Source: a virus. From it: a stretch of 64,000 nt of DNA. Each line of letters opens with the position of its first letter. The first letter of the stretch is position 1. The notes under the pieces are model-generated. The model did not search any database. It worked only from the letters and a program-made list of their open reading frames with translations, and was not told the origin of the DNA. The DNA is taken from IMG/VR virus record IMGVR_UViG_3300025030_000062, positions 1 to 64,000 of that record. One strand, given 5' to 3'. Below, in pieces: positions 1 to 9,346 of the stretch. The translations under genes and the position numbers were made by a program.

Positions 1-250
1 AAACAATATATAAAATATAAAATAATAATAATACTAAATACTTACAACCAGTTTTCTTATAACTCTTCTGTAATTTTGATACTATATTTGTATTAATTTT
101 TCGTAAAATCAAATACTTACGATTTTGCACTTTAGGCACTTTCTCAATAATACTAAACAGTTAGCCAATATCTAAAAAATCACGTATTAATTCGTTAAAT
201 ATTAAAGTATTAAATTGCTGTTAACTTTGTTAAAATTAATGTTTGTCAGG
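1..250. other. Very AT-rich non-coding region with IHF-consensus-like repeats (possible replication origin or genome-end region)
   Basis: No ORF. AATCAAATACTTA (107-119) matches WATCARNNNNTTR; near-copies at 32-44, 151-163 and 185-197. Confidence 0.4.
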
Positions 251-251
251 C

Positions 252-280
252 TTGACTCCCGACCTTCATTAGATTAGGAT
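252..280 (+). promoter_or_regulatory. sigma70-like promoter
   Basis: TTGACT-17 bp-TAGGAT upstream of the first + strand gene run. Confidence 0.6.
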
Positions 281-512
281 GCGGCTCAGATTCGCGGTGC
301 CTGAAGCTAGACAACGATGAGGCTAATTGTGGGCATAGCTAAAGGCTGCTGACTGAGCCAGGACCAAGTAGGAGGCCGCTGGCAGGGAGATAAGGTAGTA
401 GCGAAGGGTAAGGGCAAGGGTCGAGGCTAAAGGCGGCTCAGAGGGCATCCTTGGGCGGAGTTTTCGGAAGCTGAGAAGCGGCATTAGAAAATATTAAGAA
501 AGGAGAAATGAA

Positions 513-809
513 ATGCGGAGATACGAGACAAAGCCTGTTGAAATCCAGCAGCGAGAAGTTTTGGTTGAAACTATCTGTGATCTTTGTGGCGTTGTTGCTA
601 AAGGTAGTAATTGGGAAACTTCTAGCTACGAAACTGCTGAATCTGAAATAGAAGTTAAAGTTAGGTGTAAAACCGGTTTTGATTGCCCTGAAGGTGGTAA
701 TGGTGACGAAATCATTGTTGATATTTGTCCTAAGTGTTTTAAAGAGAAGCTTGTTCCGTTTCTTAAGTCTCAGGGTGCTGACATTAAAACTATCAATTAT
801 TATTGGTGA
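513..809 (+). CDS. Hypothetical protein, two CxxC motifs (putative Zn-binding)
   Basis: RBS AAGGAG; CDLC and CPKC. Confidence 0.7.
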   Translation: MRRYETKPVEIQQREVLVETICDLCGVVAKGSNWETSSYETAESEIEVKVRCKTGFDCPEGGNGDEIIVDICPKCFKEKLVPFLKSQGADIKTINYYW

Positions 810-820
810 GGTGAAATGAA

Positions 821-1084
821 ATGGGAATGTACGATGAGGTAAGTATTAGATGCCCTAATTGCAAACAATACTTTATATTCCAAAGCAAGTGCGGTCCTAA
901 ACGACTTGAAAGCTTTAGTTTAGACAACGCGCCTTTGTTTGTGATTGCCGATATAAACGAAGACGGCGAAAATGGAAAGCTTTGGTGTGAACATTGTGAT
1001 TCACAAATTAAAGTAAAAGTTCGCTTCACTGTGAAAGTTGAATCGCCTGATTGTCTGGAAGCAGAAGATTACAGGGAAGTTTAA
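821..1084 (+). CDS. Hypothetical Zn-ribbon protein
   Basis: CPNC and CEHC; tight spacing with neighbours. Confidence 0.7.
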   Translation: MGMYDEVSIRCPNCKQYFIFQSKCGPKRLESFSLDNAPLFVIADINEDGENGKLWCEHCDSQIKVKVRFTVKVESPDCLEAEDYREV

Positions 1085-1603
1085 ATGACCATCTTCTCAG
1101 CAACCGGCCATAGACCAAACAAGCTTTACGACGCCTACCCTGAACGTCATGGTTATGATTTGCTTGTTAGCTACGCTGAGTATTGCTTGAAACTGAATAA
1201 CGTTTTGATCATGGGAACTGGCATGGCTCTTGGTTGGGATATGGCTGTTGCTCAAGCTTGTTCTAATCTGCGAATTCCTTATGTTGCTTGCATTCCGTTC
1301 CAAGGCCAAGAATGCCAATGGTCGAAGCGCAGTCAGGAGTATTACAAGTTCTTAGTTTCGCTTGCGTGTCAAGTTGTTTATGTTTGTGATCCTGGTTATG
1401 CTCCTTGGAAGATGCAGAGAAGAAATGAATACATGGTTGATAATTCAACTAAGCAACTTGCGTTGTGGAACGGTACTAGCGGCGGTACTGGTAACTGTGT
1501 TAAGTATGCTAAGAGTAAGAAGGTTAAAGTTGTGAATTGTTGGGATGGTTATATTTTGGGATTGAGAGCGATGGGGATTGAATTTAAGGGAGGTAGAGAA
1601 TGA
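1085..1603 (+). CDS. SLOG-superfamily YspA/DUF1273-like nucleotide-binding protein
   Basis: Motifs TGHRP, GMALGWD, IPFQGQ, MQRRNEYMVD, WNGTSGGTGNCVKYA. Confidence 0.85.
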   Translation: MTIFSATGHRPNKLYDAYPERHGYDLLVSYAEYCLKLNNVLIMGTGMALGWDMAVAQACSNLRIPYVACIPFQGQECQWSKRSQEYYKFLVSLACQVVYVCDPGYAPWKMQRRNEYMVDNSTKQLALWNGTSGGTGNCVKYAKSKKVKVVNCWDGYILGLRAMGIEFKGGRE

Positions 1604-2694
1604 TTAAACAAGCACACATATACGCCGAAGTTCTTGAAGATTCAGCAAGAGAACAATTTGAAGATGCAATGAAGCAACCGTTTGTTGTGAAAGGTGCTCT
1701 CATGCCTGACGCGCACCAGGGCTACAGCTTGCCAATTGGCGCTGTTGTTGCAACTAAAGATGTAATAGTTCCTGCTTATATTGGCTACGACATTGGCTGC
1801 GGCGTTTGCGCTGTACCTACAACCTTTAAGCGTGCTGATGTTGAAGCAAATGCTAAAGCTATTTACGAAATGATTTACAAAGTTGTCCCTGTTGGATTTG
1901 CCCACAATCAGAAAGATTCGGTTTGGGATGTAACTTTGCCTTGTTCGCCTACTCTCGGTGATATCTTTGCAAAGAACGGACTGAAACAACTCTGTTCACT
2001 CGGCGGTGGAAATCATTTCATTGAGATTGGTTATGACGAAAGCGATGTGATCTGGATTACTGTCCATTCCGGTTCGCGTGGTATTGGTCATGCTGTTGCT
2101 ACTCACTACATGAAACTTGCTTCAGGCGACGGTAAAGCGCGTGAAGGTCATTTTGGGTTTGATGTTAGTTCGCGTGAAGGTCGGGATTACATTACTGATA
2201 TGAACTTTTGCTTGGCGTTTGCTTTGGAGAATAGGATTCAGATTGCAAATCGTGTTGCGCGAGCAATTAAAGAATTCTGTGACGGTTATTGTGAACCAGG
2301 AGAGCTTATCAACCGCAACCACAATCACGCTGAACTGAAAGATGGTCTTTGGATTCATCGCAAAGGTGCTACTCATGCTGAAGCGGGAATGATGGGCGTG
2401 ATCCCTGGTAATATGCGTGACGGTTCGTTTATCGTGCGTGGTAAAGGTAATCCTGACGCTCTTTGGTCTAGTTCGCATGGTGCAGGCCGTGTTAAAGGTC
2501 GGAAGCAAGCTCAGCGCGAAGTTAAGCTTGAGGATTTTGCTGAAACGATGATTGGCATAACTGCTAATGTGGGTAATAATACTTTGGATGAATCGCCTTT
2601 TGCTTATAAGAATATTTATGATGTGATGAAGCAGCAGAGCAATATGGTTGAGGTTATTCATCATGTTAAGCCTATTGTTAATTGTAAAGGATAA
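1600..2694 (+). CDS. rtcB: RtcB-family RNA ligase (2',3'-cyclic phosphate/5'-OH)
   Basis: MPDAH, DIGCG, GGGNHFIE, HSGSRG, HNH, HRKGAT, SHGAGR and DESPFAYK motifs all present. Confidence 0.95.
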   Translation: MIKQAHIYAEVLEDSAREQFEDAMKQPFVVKGALMPDAHQGYSLPIGAVVATKDVIVPAYIGYDIGCGVCAVPTTFKRADVEANAKAIYEMIYKVVPVGFAHNQKDSVWDVTLPCSPTLGDIFAKNGLKQLCSLGGGNHFIEIGYDESDVIWITVHSGSRGIGHAVATHYMKLASGDGKAREGHFGFDVSSREGRDYITDMNFCLAFALENRIQIANRVARAIKEFCDGYCEPGELINRNHNHAELKDGLWIHRKGATHAEAGMMGVIPGNMRDGSFIVRGKGNPDALWSSSHGAGRVKGRKQAQREVKLEDFAETMIGITANVGNNTLDESPFAYKNIYDVMKQQSNMVEVIHHVKPIVNCKG

Positions 2695-2703
2695 GGAGGC
2701 TAT

Positions 2704-2922
2704 GTGATTAAGGATATGACGAACAAAGAAACAGCAGAACATATGCGAAATTTTATTACAAGAAATCACGGTCCTTTTGCTTGGCCTACTGACGCTTGTG
2801 GTTATGATCAGCATATTAAGTTTGTTAAATACAGAAACGAATTTTGGAATACAAGCTATTCTGGTGACTGGAAACAGTTTGTTAACGAGTACGCAGATAA
2901 GCTTGAGCAGGAGGCTGTGTGA
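2704..2922 (+). CDS. Hypothetical protein
   Basis: RBS AAGGAGG, GTG start, overlaps the next start. Confidence 0.6.
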   Translation: MIKDMTNKETAEHMRNFITRNHGPFAWPTDACGYDQHIKFVKYRNEFWNTSYSGDWKQFVNEYADKLEQEAV

Positions 2923-3677
2923 CAAACCCCTACATACTCTCCAATGACATATTCAAGTCCAGTGAACTAATGGCAATGAAGCTCAAAGAGCGAAAGAGCG
3001 CGGGTTTACCTTTCGACGCGCTTAGACCTGGATACAGTTTCTATGTCAAGATAACAGATATGTCAGAAGCTGCTTTTCGTAGTATGGTAAGTGCTACTTC
3101 TACTCGACATAGAAGGGCGTACAAATGTATCAAGCATAAAGAGCGAGATGTGTTTGAAGTGACTGTTGTTAGTGATGTTGAAATTGAATCGAAACTTGAA
3201 ATGTACGAATCGTCGGCTAAAGCTAAGAACTTGGTCAGACTAGGTAAGCAAGGCCGAAAGATTTATCATTTTGATGTTCTCGAAGAAGGTTACAGTTTCT
3301 CTTATTCTATTGAGGGTAATAGCGAAACTGCTCTTAGGACCGCTTGTAGTTTGTGGTCTAAGAAATTAGGTGTTAGATTCAATTTGTTCAGGCATGATGA
3401 ACTTGGTATCTTCGAGGTTGCGCGGCTTAAACCTTCTCAGCTTACGCATGATCAGCCTATTCCTAGTTCAGCGCGTGCTCTTGCTTATAGAGGTAGGTAT
3501 GATATACCTGAACCTAAACCTAAGCCAGAAATAAAGTTTGAGTATAAATCAGGGCCGTCTCCTATGCTTGTGCCTCTTGTGCCTGAACCGAAGGTTGAGC
3601 CTGAACCACCTCCTGTAGTAAAGCCTGAACCACCACCCAAACCCATGCCTGCTGTTGAATTTTGGAGTGATAAATGA
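2919..3677 (+). CDS. Protein with two PFDxLxxGxSF (DUF7303-like) domains and a Pro-rich tail
   Basis: Internal repeats PFDALRPGYSFYV and YHFDVLEEGYSFSY; PEPKP repeats. Confidence 0.7.
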   Translation: MTNPYILSNDIFKSSELMAMKLKERKSAGLPFDALRPGYSFYVKITDMSEAAFRSMVSATSTRHRRAYKCIKHKERDVFEVTVVSDVEIESKLEMYESSAKAKNLVRLGKQGRKIYHFDVLEEGYSFSYSIEGNSETALRTACSLWSKKLGVRFNLFRHDELGIFEVARLKPSQLTHDQPIPSSARALAYRGRYDIPEPKPKPEIKFEYKSGPSPMLVPLVPEPKVEPEPPPVVKPEPPPKPMPAVEFWSDK

Positions 3678-4120
3678 ACCAGATACCTTACATAGAATTC
3701 TTTAATGGACTTAGTGAAGGTCAATGCTTTTTGATTCCCTGTGAGCAACTTGATGCATTAGAACTTGCAAATATTTGTAATAATGCTGGCGAACACTTGA
3801 AAAAGGAATTCGTTTGTGTTAAAAATGGCGGCAACTTTGAGATATCGCTGAAGTCTCAAGCTGAAATTAGTTCTCCTACATTTGGAATTATTAATATTGT
3901 TGATTCGACGCCGTTGATGCTTGCGAATAACACGGCTCGAATAAGCAATAGAAAGTTTCCTTTCGACACGCTTGAAGTAGGTAAAAGTTTCTTCGTCGCT
4001 TTGAGTGAAGAAGGTAATCTAAGAACTCAGGCTAGCCAGTACGGTAAGAAGCTAGGCCGAAAGTTTAGGTGTGTTAAGCATAAAGAACAGGGCTTAATTG
4101 AGGTAGGAAGAATATCTTAA
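3674..4120 (+). CDS. Protein with two DUF7303-like domains
   Basis: FFNGLSEGQCFLI and FPFDTLEVGKSFFV repeats. Confidence 0.7.
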   Translation: MNQIPYIEFFNGLSEGQCFLIPCEQLDALELANICNNAGEHLKKEFVCVKNGGNFEISLKSQAEISSPTFGIINIVDSTPLMLANNTARISNRKFPFDTLEVGKSFFVALSEEGNLRTQASQYGKKLGRKFRCVKHKEQGLIEVGRIS

Positions 4121-4142
4121 TGTGGCTAAATAGGAGAGAAAG

Positions 4143-4433
4143 ATGTGTTTATTCTGTGCTGATAAGATGAAGCATGTAAGAGTGCTTCTAGCCGCTAAAG
4201 CGATAGGTTGGTTGCCTAAAGAAGATGACACCGATTTAGAATCTGTTGTTGAGAAAGTGATATGGGATCATGCCAAATTGCACTACAGGTTAAATGAGGA
4301 TGAAGCTGTTGAAGTATATAGATGTTCTGTAATTAGAGCTAATTTGTGCAAAGGAATTCGCAAAGTTTTACCTTCAATTTCAATCGAAGACAGGTTTAGG
4401 CTTGCGTTGCAAGCAGGCGCGGTGAAGCTATGA
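4143..4433 (+). CDS. Hypothetical protein
   Basis: RBS AGGAG; ATGA coupling to the next gene. Confidence 0.6.
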   Translation: MCLFCADKMKHVRVLLAAKAIGWLPKEDDTDLESVVEKVIWDHAKLHYRLNEDEAVEVYRCSVIRANLCKGIRKVLPSISIEDRFRLALQAGAVKL

Positions 4434-4756
4434 CTGTTATTAACATTAATAAAGCACCTAAAGACTGGCGAAATAACCCTGAATATGCTTACATTGGGCG
4501 AACCGGTTACGGGATTGAAGGTTACTTTGGTAATCCGATTGACCACAAAGCACCTTGCTTAATATGTGGGCAAATTCACGGTCTTCCTGGATTAACTTTA
4601 CTTTGCTACGAGACTTGGTTGCAGAACAAGCTTAAGTTTGATGCTGTGTTCAGCGAACGCTTCTATAGGGAACTAAGCGGCAAGATATTGGTTTGCTTCT
4701 GCAAACCTAAGCCTTGCCATGGTAATATTATATTGAAGTATTTGGAAAGGAGATGA
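4430..4756 (+). CDS. DUF4326-domain protein
   Basis: YIGR...FGNP...LSGKILVCFCKPKPCHG. Confidence 0.85.
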   Translation: MTVININKAPKDWRNNPEYAYIGRTGYGIEGYFGNPIDHKAPCLICGQIHGLPGLTLLCYETWLQNKLKFDAVFSERFYRELSGKILVCFCKPKPCHGNIILKYLERR

Positions 4757-4759
4757 TGA

Positions 4760-5050
4760 ATGCAACACATTGATGCTTTGATAGATAAGTTTTATTCATC
4801 GAAACCTAAAGTTCTTTGGCGAATGAGTAAGAAGATTAGGAGTACAATCGGTCAGTGGAAAGCGGATAATGGAGCGTATTTGCTTTATATTGCTAACGAT
4901 GAAGAATTGAAGCCTTTCACTTTGTTAGGTCATCCTATTCAAATTATTGAAGAAGATAAGTTGATTTTGCTGTATGTGTTTGCAAATGGAGCAGTCGAAA
5001 TGTTCGACATGACAGACGTGTTAAAGGAGACAACAAATGCAAAGCGTTGA
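4760..5050 (+). CDS. Hypothetical protein
   Basis: RBS AAGGAG; within the gene run. Confidence 0.6.
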   Translation: MQHIDALIDKFYSSKPKVLWRMSKKIRSTIGQWKADNGAYLLYIANDEELKPFTLLGHPIQIIEEDKLILLYVFANGAVEMFDMTDVLKETTNAKR

Positions 5051-5264
5051 ATATTACAAAAACGGTGAACTTGTACGAGCAATGGAATTCTTTAACGGTG
5101 ATTCTTACCAGGAAGTACAGAGCAAAATGAAAGATAGGCTTAATGGACTCGAAAACGAATTTGAAGTTGTGAGTATGAAGCGTGAAAAAATCGGTCGCAA
5201 TCAAATGTGTCCTTGCGGTAGCGGCGTTAAGTTTAAGAAATGTTGTATCAATAAGAGTCTGTAA
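5037..5264 (+). CDS. SEC-C motif (Zn-binding) protein
   Basis: [20 protein letters not shown]. Confidence 0.9.
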   Translation: MQSVEYYKNGELVRAMEFFNGDSYQEVQSKMKDRLNGLENEFEVVSMKREKIGRNQMCPCGSGVKFKKCCINKSL

Positions 5265-5538
5265 GGAGAAACTATGAGCGCAAGTAAATTTAACGGAACC
5301 TATGACAATCAAAAAGCACAATGCCGCGAATGGTGGCTGGACGGCATGATGATCTATTGGCAGAGCGCCAAGCTAATAGCCGATATGGGTCGTACCGAGT
5401 TCGGCGGCTTCCCTGACCTTCCGAAGCAGGATAACGAAGCGCGAGGTTGACCTACAGAGGCCGAACGGCGGCAAGGTGAGGCTTGGGTATAGGCCAGGGT
5501 TGAGCTGTCGCTGTTGGCGACATTAGGAGATATTAATA

Positions 5539-5937
5539 ATGGATACGAGCGTCGGTCTGACAGTTGAGGGTTTGGTTGAATTGAAGCGCAAAATGGACGA
5601 ATTAAACAAAGGCTGTCGCCATGAAGCACCGATTTACGGTCATAGCCTTTTGCCTAGTTTGTTTGGTGGCATAGACATCATCAAAAGCAATTACTTGCCT
5701 ACAAGAACCGAAACATACGAAGAAGAGGTTGAACTGACTTTTAGAGAACGCTGGATCGAACCACTGTTGCATGGTGCTACGTTGCCGTTTGAGCCTTGGG
5801 TTAAGACAAAGTGGGTTACTAAGACGCGCCAAGTACCTGAACCGGTGTGCTATATGGTTGGTAATCAGCTTCTTATGAGTAGCTTTGCGTATGGCAGGCT
5901 GCGTAACTCAGGAATTATTTCAAATATTGTTTACTAA
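5539..5937 (+). CDS. Hypothetical protein
   Basis: RBS AGGAG, 132-aa ORF. Confidence 0.6.
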   Translation: MDTSVGLTVEGLVELKRKMDELNKGCRHEAPIYGHSLLPSLFGGIDIIKSNYLPTRTETYEEEVELTFRERWIEPLLHGATLPFEPWVKTKWVTKTRQVPEPVCYMVGNQLLMSSFAYGRLRNSGIISNIVY

Positions 5938-5940
5938 TCG

Positions 5941-5969
5941 TTGACAAGCTGAAGTTTGTAATGTATAAG
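5941..5969 (+). promoter_or_regulatory. sigma70-like promoter
   Basis: TTGACA-17 bp-TATAAG. Confidence 0.6.
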
Positions 5970-6001
5970 AAATGAAACTTCAAGTTAAGGAGGTAAACAG
6001 C

Positions 6002-6301
6002 ATGGACGAAATGAAAATGCAATTTAAGCTCCGAGAACCTAAGATCGGAATGCAGATTGTTAGCAAAGGTGATAGATGTTGTTTTGGTATGCCGAAAGGC
6101 GACGTTGGAACGATTGTTGAGATTGAGCCTAACGGATTAGAGTTTACTGTTACGAACTGGTACGGTAAGCGGGAATCTCATTGTGTTCAGTGTGCTTTGG
6201 AGTTACGTGAGGTGACTAAGAAGACTTGGCTTGAAATGTGTGATAAGGAAGCTAAGAGGGTGCGAGGAAATGACAAAAGCTGTACAACGCCGCAATGTTG
6301 A
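6002..6301 (+). CDS. Hypothetical protein
   Basis: AAGGAGG RBS before ATG 6002. Confidence 0.6.
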   Translation: MDEMKMQFKLREPKIGMQIVSKGDRCCFGMPKGDVGTIVEIEPNGLEFTVTNWYGKRESHCVQCALELREVTKKTWLEMCDKEAKRVRGNDKSCTTPQC

Positions 6302-6914
6302 TTTAATTGAGCTTGCAATGATTCAAACCCTATATCCTAGCTTAAGAGTAAAAGAGCGCAAGATACTTCACGGCTTGCTGAAAGAGAAAGACATTGCGCT
6401 TTTCAATGTCGAGCAAGTTTATCCTGTAACTGATAACTTGCTTGGCAGCATCATTCGCCACAAAGAAACAAACTATGAGCAGTTGGTTGCTCACACTGAG
6501 AAGTATAAAGCCAGGGCTATTCTCGGTCCTGTTGTCAGTCAGCGACTCGCTCTTGCTAAGTCCGGTAAAACTTCGATAAACCTTTCCATTGAAACTGGTA
6601 CGCAGGTTAAGGTTGTTGAGGATCGTGAGCCTGAGATTAAGTCATGCGTTGTTTTGGGCCATAATCCTCAATACAGTAACGCTATGTTTAGGGTTAAGAT
6701 GTTGACCAAAGCTGTTCTAAATAGTGATACGTTTATTGATCATAGTGGTGCTAAATTCGGCAAGTTTATAGTGATAGGTTTGTCTGCTCACAGTAAAGGA
6801 AGGTGGGTTGTACGTTGCGAGTGCGGCGAACATGAATTTAGGACTACCAAAGCCATTAAGAATCCGGCGAACACTCAGGATGCTTGTGCTAAGTGTAAAG
6901 GAGGTAAGTTGTGA
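6270..6914 (+). CDS. Hypothetical protein with C-terminal Zn-binding module
   Basis: GKFIVIG...WVVRCECG...CAKC; GAGG RBS before ATG 6270. Confidence 0.6.
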   Translation: MTKAVQRRNVDLIELAMIQTLYPSLRVKERKILHGLLKEKDIALFNVEQVYPVTDNLLGSIIRHKETNYEQLVAHTEKYKARAILGPVVSQRLALAKSGKTSINLSIETGTQVKVVEDREPEIKSCVVLGHNPQYSNAMFRVKMLTKAVLNSDTFIDHSGAKFGKFIVIGLSAHSKGRWVVRCECGEHEFRTTKAIKNPANTQDACAKCKGGKL

Positions 6915-7071
6915 AACTGAAAGAAACTAACGGCAAAATTGAAGCTCTTGATAATCGTTGGATGTTCATGCACTTTCTGAGCGGCCAAAATGAGCTATTT
7001 TCCGAACCCTGGAACTGGAAATTTATTGAACAAATGTGTGCTGCTCACAATGAGCCGTTTGAGAGGGTGAG

Positions 7072-7473
7072 ATGAAACCGGAAGACTTCACCAAGTCAGG
7101 TAGCGAAAGCGGTGAGCAGCGTGCTTTGATGGCATGGGCTGCAATGAATGTGGGTAAATATCCTGAATTACGTTGGCTATTTCATATTCCTAATGGCGGT
7201 ATGCGAGGTAATGATGCAAGAACTAGAGCTGTTATGGGTAACGCACTTAAGGCTGAGGGGGTCAAAACTGGTATAGCTGACCTAATGCTTCCATACCCTA
7301 GAGGCGGTTATCATGGCTTATGGATTGAGATGAAAAAGAAGGGTGAAAAGGTGAAGAAAGGTTCTGACCAGGATAAGTTTGGTAAAGAAATGCTAGCTCA
7401 AGGTTATGGTTGGTGTGAGTGCGATAGCTACGAGAAAGCACGCGACGTACTAATTCAATATCTATCTCAATGA
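7072..7473 (+). CDS. VRR-NUC (PD-(D/E)XK) nuclease
   Basis: ESGEQ...LFHIPNGG...GVKTGIADL...LWIEMK...Q. Confidence 0.9.
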   Translation: MKPEDFTKSGSESGEQRALMAWAAMNVGKYPELRWLFHIPNGGMRGNDARTRAVMGNALKAEGVKTGIADLMLPYPRGGYHGLWIEMKKKGEKVKKGSDQDKFGKEMLAQGYGWCECDSYEKARDVLIQYLSQ

Positions 7474-7629
7474 AAGGAGAAACAAAATGAGTAACACTGA
7501 TCCGAACAAAGGCAATAACTGCGGCAACTGTAAACGTGGAAGCAAACCTATGACTGAGCCTGAGTGTGTTGTTTGCGGCAATGTTGAGAACGAGACTAAG
7601 GTTAAGTTTTCGCAATGGGGGGCGAAAGA

Positions 7630-7851
7630 ATGAAAGTTTATGTATTTGAATCTGTTGTGTTACTGATAAGTTCAATTTTCTTATTCTCGTCTATTATAGC
7701 TTTTGGTTGTTCGTTTAAATGCGGAGGTTATGACGAAGATGAAAAGTTGAAAGCTCTTTGGTATTTTGCTGCATCAGGAGCCTTTGCGTTGATCTTCGGC
7801 GCTAGAATGATTTATTTGCTTGCTGTAGAAGCTGGAATGAATTTATTTTAA
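7630..7851 (+). CDS. Small two-TM membrane protein
   Basis: Two hydrophobic stretches. Confidence 0.55.
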   Translation: MKVYVFESVVLLISSIFLFSSIIAFGCSFKCGGYDEDEKLKALWYFAASGAFALIFGARMIYLLAVEAGMNLF

Positions 7852-7865
7852 TCTAAGGAGGATTC

Positions 7866-8405
7866 ATGATTTTAAGAAACCGATTTAAGCGAAAACGCTC
7901 CGTTAACGAAATGTTAATCTTCACTTTAGCTATTATGATTGCGGTAGCAATGTTCTCTTCAGCAACTGTATGGCTCACTAAGCGGCCAACTCCGCAATTA
8001 AAGAAATGTCACGGCCCTGGGCTTTCGATAGAAACTCTTAAGTATCAGGCTTACTTTTTCGAGGCTAATGCGGGTATTCATGCGTTAGAAGTTGCTAAGG
8101 CTGTGCAGCAGTCGAAGCGTAAACGGCTTACCGCTGCTATCTGCATGGTTGAATCAGGCGGCAAGAAAACGGCGTATAATCGCAGAACTAAGGTTGATGG
8201 GATGTATCAAGTTAACCCTGCTTTTTGGGGTAAGGTAAACACCAAATCAGCTCTTGCTATGACTGCTCAGCACGACGCTATAATGGATGAACTTTTAGCC
8301 GCTTCTAACGGAAACTTGAAGGTTGCATTGAATCGATACGGCGGCGATTCAACTAAAAAGGTCTACGCTCAAAATATATTGAAAGAAATGGAGCGCACCC
8401 CTTGA
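7866..8405 (+). CDS. Membrane-anchored SLT-type lytic transglycosylase
   Basis: N-terminal TM; ICMVESGG (catalytic Glu), GMYQV, ALNRYGG. Confidence 0.75.
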   Translation: MILRNRFKRKRSVNEMLIFTLAIMIAVAMFSSATVWLTKRPTPQLKKCHGPGLSIETLKYQAYFFEANAGIHALEVAKAVQQSKRKRLTAAICMVESGGKKTAYNRRTKVDGMYQVNPAFWGKVNTKSALAMTAQHDAIMDELLAASNGNLKVALNRYGGDSTKKVYAQNILKEMERTP

Positions 8406-8430
8406 CATTGGAATTAAGTTTTGCTAGATT
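8402..8430 (+). promoter_or_regulatory. Strong sigma70-like promoter with extended -10
   Basis: TTGACA-17 bp-TAGATT, with TG one base upstream of the -10. Confidence 0.75.
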
Positions 8431-8472
8431 GCACTCACCGATTAACGAACCAACTAAAAGGAGGAATTAAAA

Positions 8473-9078
8473 GTGGTACTGGAAAACAAAGCTCAGAAGC
8501 TGAAGCGTGAATCTCTCGAAGGTCTTCCGGCAATCGTCGCTGCTACTCAGAGTGAGATTGGTTACATGTTTGCTCCGCTTGAGAACGCGGAATGGCTGAA
8601 TAAGAACGGTCTTGTTGAATTTGATGTAAGTATCACTAACGAAGCGGGATTCATTGCAACCCGCGCAACCACAAAGGGGATTGAAAAAGTTATGAGTGAA
8701 AATGTTCAGGTTGAAGCAGCAGCACCGGTAGCGTCTGGTTATGTGATCGAAGACATCGCAGTTGAAGTAGTTTCCAAGCGTCGTGGTGGTGGTAGGGCTG
8801 GCGTTTCCTACCCGTTTGATGCACTTCAGGTAGGCCAGAGCTTTGTTGTCCCGGCTACTGAGAAGAAGCCGAATCCGGTGAAGTCTATGGCGTCTTCGAT
8901 TACCGCCGCTAATGCTCGTTACGCTACTCCGCTGACTAACGAAGATGGTTCTCCGAAGATGAAAACCATTACCGTTCCGCGTACCGGCGAAAAACGCGAT
9001 GTCCAGGCTACTCAGCTGGTTCGCAAGTTTACTGTTGTTGCTTGCGAAGGTGGTGCAAGGGTGGGGCGCGTGCTGTAA
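8473..9078 (+). CDS. DUF7303-like putative nucleic-acid-binding protein
   Basis: KRRGGGRAG followed by YPFDALQVGQSFVV; AGGAGG RBS. Confidence 0.75.
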   Translation: MVLENKAQKLKRESLEGLPAIVAATQSEIGYMFAPLENAEWLNKNGLVEFDVSITNEAGFIATRATTKGIEKVMSENVQVEAAAPVASGYVIEDIAVEVVSKRRGGGRAGVSYPFDALQVGQSFVVPATEKKPNPVKSMASSITAANARYATPLTNEDGSPKMKTITVPRTGEKRDVQATQLVRKFTVVACEGGARVGRVL

Positions 9079-9187
9079 TAGGTAATAACGGTACACTCAA
9101 AGGCCCAAGTTGAGTGTTTAAATGAAGTAAGATTATTTGCCTATACTTCGGCCAAATTATTTAACCTTTAATTGGAGATAAAACCCA

Positions 9188-9346
9188 ATGAAAACCGAAA
9201 TTAAAAACGCAATCAAGCTGTTGGCTCAGAAGATTACTGGTGATGTGAAGGCTGATGAAGCATTGAAGTTCACGCAAGCTGCATTGAATCTTGCTCATGT
9301 AAGTCAGCTTGTTGTTCAGACCAAGATTGTTGAAGGAAAGAACTGA
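9188..9346 (+). CDS. 52-aa hypothetical protein (not in the ORF track)
   Basis: GGAG RBS; MKTEIKNAIKLLAQKITGDVKADEALKFTQAALNLAHVSQLVVQTKIVEGKN*. Confidence 0.7.
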   Translation: MKTEIKNAIKLLAQKITGDVKADEALKFTQAALNLAHVSQLVVQTKIVEGKN

